Assembly (NCBI GenBank): GCA_046296715.1
Contig: JBKBIN010000045.1
Coordinates: 1-10,835 of the forward strand
Direction: 5' to 3'
Length of the DNA: 10,835 nt
Source of the DNA: Candidatus Ratteibacteria bacterium
GTDB taxonomy: Bacteria; Ratteibacteria; UBA8468; B48-G9; JAFGKM01
Each line of letters starts with the position of its first letter. Positions within the stretch are counted from its first letter, which is position 1. Under the pieces are notes generated by a model that made no database searches, was not told where the DNA came from, and saw only the letters and a list, made by a program, of their open reading frames with translations. Position numbers and translations under genes: made by a program. Positions 7,585 through 10,835 of the stretch are shown here, piece by piece.

Positions 7585-8217
7585 TTGGTAAATATTGATA
7601 CCTTAAAAGAAATTAAAAAGGTTGTTGTGTTTATAGATAATGAAAAGATTAATGGAGAAATAATTGATGTTGATAAATGGGGAAAGATGATAATTTCAGT
7701 ACCTCAAATAAAAAAGACAATTCCAGTAGAACTTGGTAAAAGAGGAGAGATATTTTTTGATAAAAATGGAATAGAATATTTTATTTCAGGGAAGATATTT
7801 TCTCAAGGAACAGAAAGAATGGTCTTCTTACCCGAAACAGATATTTTGACCGAAAAAAGAAGAAAGGAGAGATTTGAAACGCCATTTATTAAGTGTGATT
7901 TAATAAGATTTTCAGGTAGATTTCGAAAAGAAACAATTAAAGGAAACATTATCAACATTTCTCTTTCTGGAGCAAAAATTGAAACAAATGTTCCCTTAAT
8001 TGAAAATTCTATTTATGAGTTAAGGAGTAATTTTGTTATAGGACATAAAAATTATTTTTTTAGTGCAAAATGTAAAACAATTTATTCAAAAAAATTGAGA
8101 AATGTTTTTTTAATCGGACTTGAATTTATTGAAATTGATTATTTTTCTCAAGAAAATCTAAATATATATATTAAACACCTTTTAAATCAACTTAAAAAAG
8201 ATGCTTTAAATTATTAG
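7585..8217 (+). CDS. PilZ-domain c-di-GMP-binding protein (YcgR-like two-domain architecture)
   Basis: RRKER (RxxxR) at 7858-7872, NISLSG ([D/N]xSxxG) at 7954-7971, and GLEF near the C-terminus. About 90 aa beta-rich N-terminal domain. TTG start with AGGGGA RBS 8 nt upstream. Confidence 0.85.
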   Translation: MVNIDTLKEIKKVVVFIDNEKINGEIIDVDKWGKMIISVPQIKKTIPVELGKRGEIFFDKNGIEYFISGKIFSQGTERMVFLPETDILTEKRRKERFETPFIKCDLIRFSGRFRKETIKGNIINISLSGAKIETNVPLIENSIYELRSNFVIGHKNYFFSAKCKTIYSKKLRNVFLIGLEFIEIDYFSQENLNIYIKHLLNQLKKDALNY

Positions 8218-9890
8218 TCCTCTTTTCTTGTTGTATAAAGGACTTCTGAAATTGTTGTTATTCCTGCAAGAACTTTTTTTATACCATCTTCCCTTAAAGT
8301 TTCCATACCAGATTTTCTTGCAACTTCTTTTATTTCTACAAGATCAGGATTTTTTATAATAACTCTTCTTAATTCTTCATTTATAACCATTAATTCAAAA
8401 ATTCCAGTCCTACCACCATATCCAGTTCCATTGCATATATGACAACCTTTGCCTCTATAAAACTTTAAATTTTCCTTTTCAAGGAGAGATGGGTCAAGCA
8501 TTTTTACTTCTTCAGGATAAGGTTTATACTCCTCTTTACAAAAATTGCATATACTTCTTACAAGTCTTTGGTTTAAAACTCCTATTAAAGAAGAAGAAAT
8601 TAAATATGATTCTACACCCATATCTAAGAGTCGTATAATTGCTCCTGGAGCTGTGTTTGTGTGTAAGGTTGATAAAACTAAATGGCCTGTCTGTGCTGCT
8701 CTAAAAGCAATTTCTGCTGTTTCTATATCTCTTATCTCTCCAACCATAACAATATCTGGGTCTTGCCTTAAAATTGACCTTAATGCAACTGAAAAGGTTA
8801 AACCTGCCTTTGGATTTATCTGCGTCTGATTAACATTTTTAAGATGGTACTCTACAGGATCTTCAACAGTTATAATTTTTCTATGGATACTGTCAAGTTC
8901 ATTTAGTGAAGAATATAAAGTTGTTGTCTTTCCACTCCCTGTTGGTCCTGTAACTAAAATCATTCCATATGGTTCATCAAGAAGAATTCTCCATCTATGA
9001 AGAACTTCCGGAAAAAAACCAAGTTGTTCAAGTCCTGAAATTATATTTTTTTTATCAAGAACTCTTAAAGCAACCATTTCTCCAAAAATAGTCGGAAAAG
9101 TAGAAACTCTTAAATCAACATCTCTACCATAAAGTTTCATTTTAAAGTATCCATCTTGAGGAATTCTTTTTTCTGCAATATCAAGATTTGAAAGAACTTT
9201 TATATGAGAAACAATTGATGAATAAAGCTCAAGTGGAGGTGGTGGAAATTCATAAAGGAGACCATTTATTCTATATCTTAATCTTAAACCCTCTTCTTCT
9301 ATCTCAAGATGAATATCTGTTGCTTTTAATTCAACTGCCCTTGAAACAAGTTCTTCAACAACAGAGACAGCCGAAGATTCTGAAACTTCTCTTACTCTTA
9401 TTGGTTTGAAAACTTTCTCAGGTATATCCTTTTTTTCCAAAGGAGAAATAACATCAATACCGCCTTGAGATATCATTGTTTCTATTATCTCTTTTATTTC
9501 ATATTCCTTTGCTAACCTTGTTTCAACTTCCATTCCTGATATCTTTTTTATTTCATTTACAACTTCTTCATCAGTTGGGTCAACCATTGCACAAACAATT
9601 TTATTATTTCCTTTAAATATTGGAACTACTCTATATTTTCTGCATGTAAATTCAGGAAGTAATTTCAAAATCTCTTTATCTATATTCATTTGATTTAATT
9701 GAACCGGAATAGATTTAAGTTCTTTTAAAGCAAAATTATACCATCTCTCAGCAGAAATAAGTCCAAATTTTATAAGTAAATAACCAAAAGGAGCACCTGT
9801 TTTTTCCTTCTCTTTCAAAACTATTTCTATCTGGTCATCTCTTACATTCTCTTTTTCTTTTAAAATTTTTATAATTTCTTCTCTTTTCAT
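8214..9890 (-). CDS. Type II secretion / type IV pilus assembly ATPase, GspE/PilB family
   Basis: ATDIHLE, LDIAEKRIPQDG, DLRVST.PT.FGE, Walker A GPTGSGKT (8925-8948), TVEDPVE, LRQDPDIVMVGEIRD, TGHLVLSTLH, Zn tetracysteine CNFC...CHIC, GRTGIFE. N-terminal MshEN-like region and AMVDP motif. Confidence 0.95.
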   Translation of the reverse strand: MKREEIIKILKEKENVRDDQIEIVLKEKEKTGAPFGYLLIKFGLISAERWYNFALKELKSIPVQLNQMNIDKEILKLLPEFTCRKYRVVPIFKGNNKIVCAMVDPTDEEVVNEIKKISGMEVETRLAKEYEIKEIIETMISQGGIDVISPLEKKDIPEKVFKPIRVREVSESSAVSVVEELVSRAVELKATDIHLEIEEEGLRLRYRINGLLYEFPPPPLELYSSIVSHIKVLSNLDIAEKRIPQDGYFKMKLYGRDVDLRVSTFPTIFGEMVALRVLDKKNIISGLEQLGFFPEVLHRWRILLDEPYGMILVTGPTGSGKTTTLYSSLNELDSIHRKIITVEDPVEYHLKNVNQTQINPKAGLTFSVALRSILRQDPDIVMVGEIRDIETAEIAFRAAQTGHLVLSTLHTNTAPGAIIRLLDMGVESYLISSSLIGVLNQRLVRSICNFCKEEYKPYPEEVKMLDPSLLEKENLKFYRGKGCHICNGTGYGGRTGIFELMVINEELRRVIIKNPDLVEIKEVARKSGMETLREDGIKKVLAGITTISEVLYTTRKED

Positions 9891-9908
9891 TCAAAATTCA
9901 CTTTCGCC

Positions 9909-10106
9909 TTAAATTTTTTGCTTTAAAACTTCAAGTTTTTCTTCAATAGAAACCAGATGTGTTATTATACAACATTTATTTTTTAAATCCCACCAAGCAC
10001 AGTTCTCTTCTATACAAAAATCAAAATCTTCTATCTGCTCAGGAACTCCAAATGCTGCTTCTCCAAGAGGCCTTTTTTGTGTTCTTAATCTTAAAGGACA
10101 TTTCAT
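9909..10106 (-). CDS. Small Cys-rich hypothetical protein (65 aa), putative metal-binding
   Basis: ATG at 10106 preceded by strong SD AGGGGGTGA (10111-10119). It fills the gap between co-oriented genes. Sequence: MKCPLR...FDFCIEENCAWWDLKNKCCII...IEEKLEVLKQKI. Confidence 0.75.
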   Translation of the reverse strand: MKCPLRLRTQKRPLGEAAFGVPEQIEDFDFCIEENCAWWDLKNKCCIITHLVSIEEKLEVLKQKI

Positions 10107-10125
10107 ACTCTCACCCCCTTCTAAG

Positions 10126-10833
10126 TTACTTATATTTTTCAATTATCCCGAGAAATTCTTCTTTTATTTTATTTAAAATTTCCTCAGTTTCCCCCTCAAT
10201 TCTAACTACAAGCGCAGGTTGAGTATTTGATGCTCTTAATAAAGCCCAGCCAGAAGGATAATAAACTTTAACACCGTCAATATCGTTTATTTTATATCTT
10301 GTTGAATAGAATTTTTTTACTTTTTCAACTATTTCAAATTTTCTATCATCAGGAACTTCAATCCTTATTTCTGGTGTAGAATAATATTTCTTAACTCCTT
10401 CAAAAAAATCAGAAATTTTTTTATTTTCTTTATCAAGGATTTTCAGTAATCTTAAACAGGAATATATTGCATCATCATATCCAAAATATTCATCAGCAAA
10501 ATAAAGATGTCCAGAAAGTTCACCAGCAATTGGTGCCTTTTCTAAATGAAGTTTGTTTTCAATTAAAGAATGTCCTGTTTTCCACATAATTGGAACTCCA
10601 CCAAGTTTTTCTATCTCTTCTTCAAGAGATTTACTGCATTTAACATCAAAAATAATTTTCGCACCTTTGTTTTTACTCAGAACATCTTTTGAATATATTA
10701 TCATTAATTTATCTCCCCAAAGAATCTCTCCATTTTCATCAACAACAGCAAGACGATCTCCATCGCCATCAAATCCAAAACCACAATCAAGATTATATCT
10801 CTTCACTACTTCTATCAAATCCTTTAGATTCTC
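10126..10833 (-). CDS. Phosphomannomutase/phosphoglucomutase (alpha-D-phosphohexomutase), C-terminal half; 5' truncated by the window edge
   Basis: Metal loop FDGDGDR, KTGHS, sugar-binding GELSGH, DDAIY, DGVKV and phosphate-binding RASNTQP. The frame stays open to the window end (ENLKDLIEVVK). Confidence 0.93.
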   Translation of the reverse strand, partial: ENLKDLIEVVKRYNLDCGFGFDGDGDRLAVVDENGEILWGDKLMIIYSKDVLSKNKGAKIIFDVKCSKSLEEEIEKLGGVPIMWKTGHSLIENKLHLEKAPIAGELSGHLYFADEYFGYDDAIYSCLRLLKILDKENKKISDFFEGVKKYYSTPEIRIEVPDDRKFEIVEKVKKFYSTRYKINDIDGVKVYYPSGWALLRASNTQPALVVRIEGETEEILNKIKEEFLGIIEKYK

Positions 10834-10835
10834 GG

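Noticed and set aside
8545..9409. Plus-strand ORFs 8545-8829 and 9188-9409
   Set aside because: Antisense to the highly conserved core of the PilB/GspE ATPase; no independent support.
10107..10142. Longer 77-aa start for the small Cys-rich ORF
   Set aside because: Would overlap the mutase gene; the strong SD sits just before the ATG at 10106.
9959..10222. Plus-strand ORF, 87 aa
   Set aside because: Overlaps two better-supported minus-strand genes.
1..10835. CRISPR arrays, tRNA/rRNA, riboswitches, IS elements, alternative genetic code
   Set aside because: No periodic repeats, transposase or integrase; the only gap over 25 bp is an AT-rich 122-bp promoter region; TGA stops at 2912, 5811 and 6704 fall at sensible gene ends.

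Overview
AT-rich (roughly 25-30% GC by eye), gene-dense bacterial chromosomal segment; TGA is used as a stop, consistent with genetic code 11. It starts with the 3' end of a bacterial-type acetyl-CoA synthase gene (acsB, Wood-Ljungdahl pathway, + strand). This converges on a tightly coupled five-gene minus-strand run: minimal Hanks-type Ser/Thr kinase, Zn-dependent HDAC-family deacetylase, GH106-like glycoside hydrolase, stand-alone homocysteine S-methyltransferase, and PriA. A divergent promoter region drives a YcgR/PilZ-type c-di-GMP receptor, which meets a second minus-strand run tail-to-tail (partial phosphomannomutase/phosphoglucomutase, small Cys-rich protein, orphan PilB/GspE ATPase). 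I see no RNA genes, CRISPR array or mobile element, and no clearly self-contained novel system. The best oddities are a PriA that has lost its ATPase/helicase motifs (probable pseudohelicase), a 16-bp inverted repeat formed by the identical PPII-stop ends of the convergent acsB and priA genes, a PilB with a degenerate MshEN site next to an intact PilZ protein, an atypical kinase coupled to a deacetylase, and an unannotated small Cys-rich protein. All family calls come from motif recognition, not database searches.
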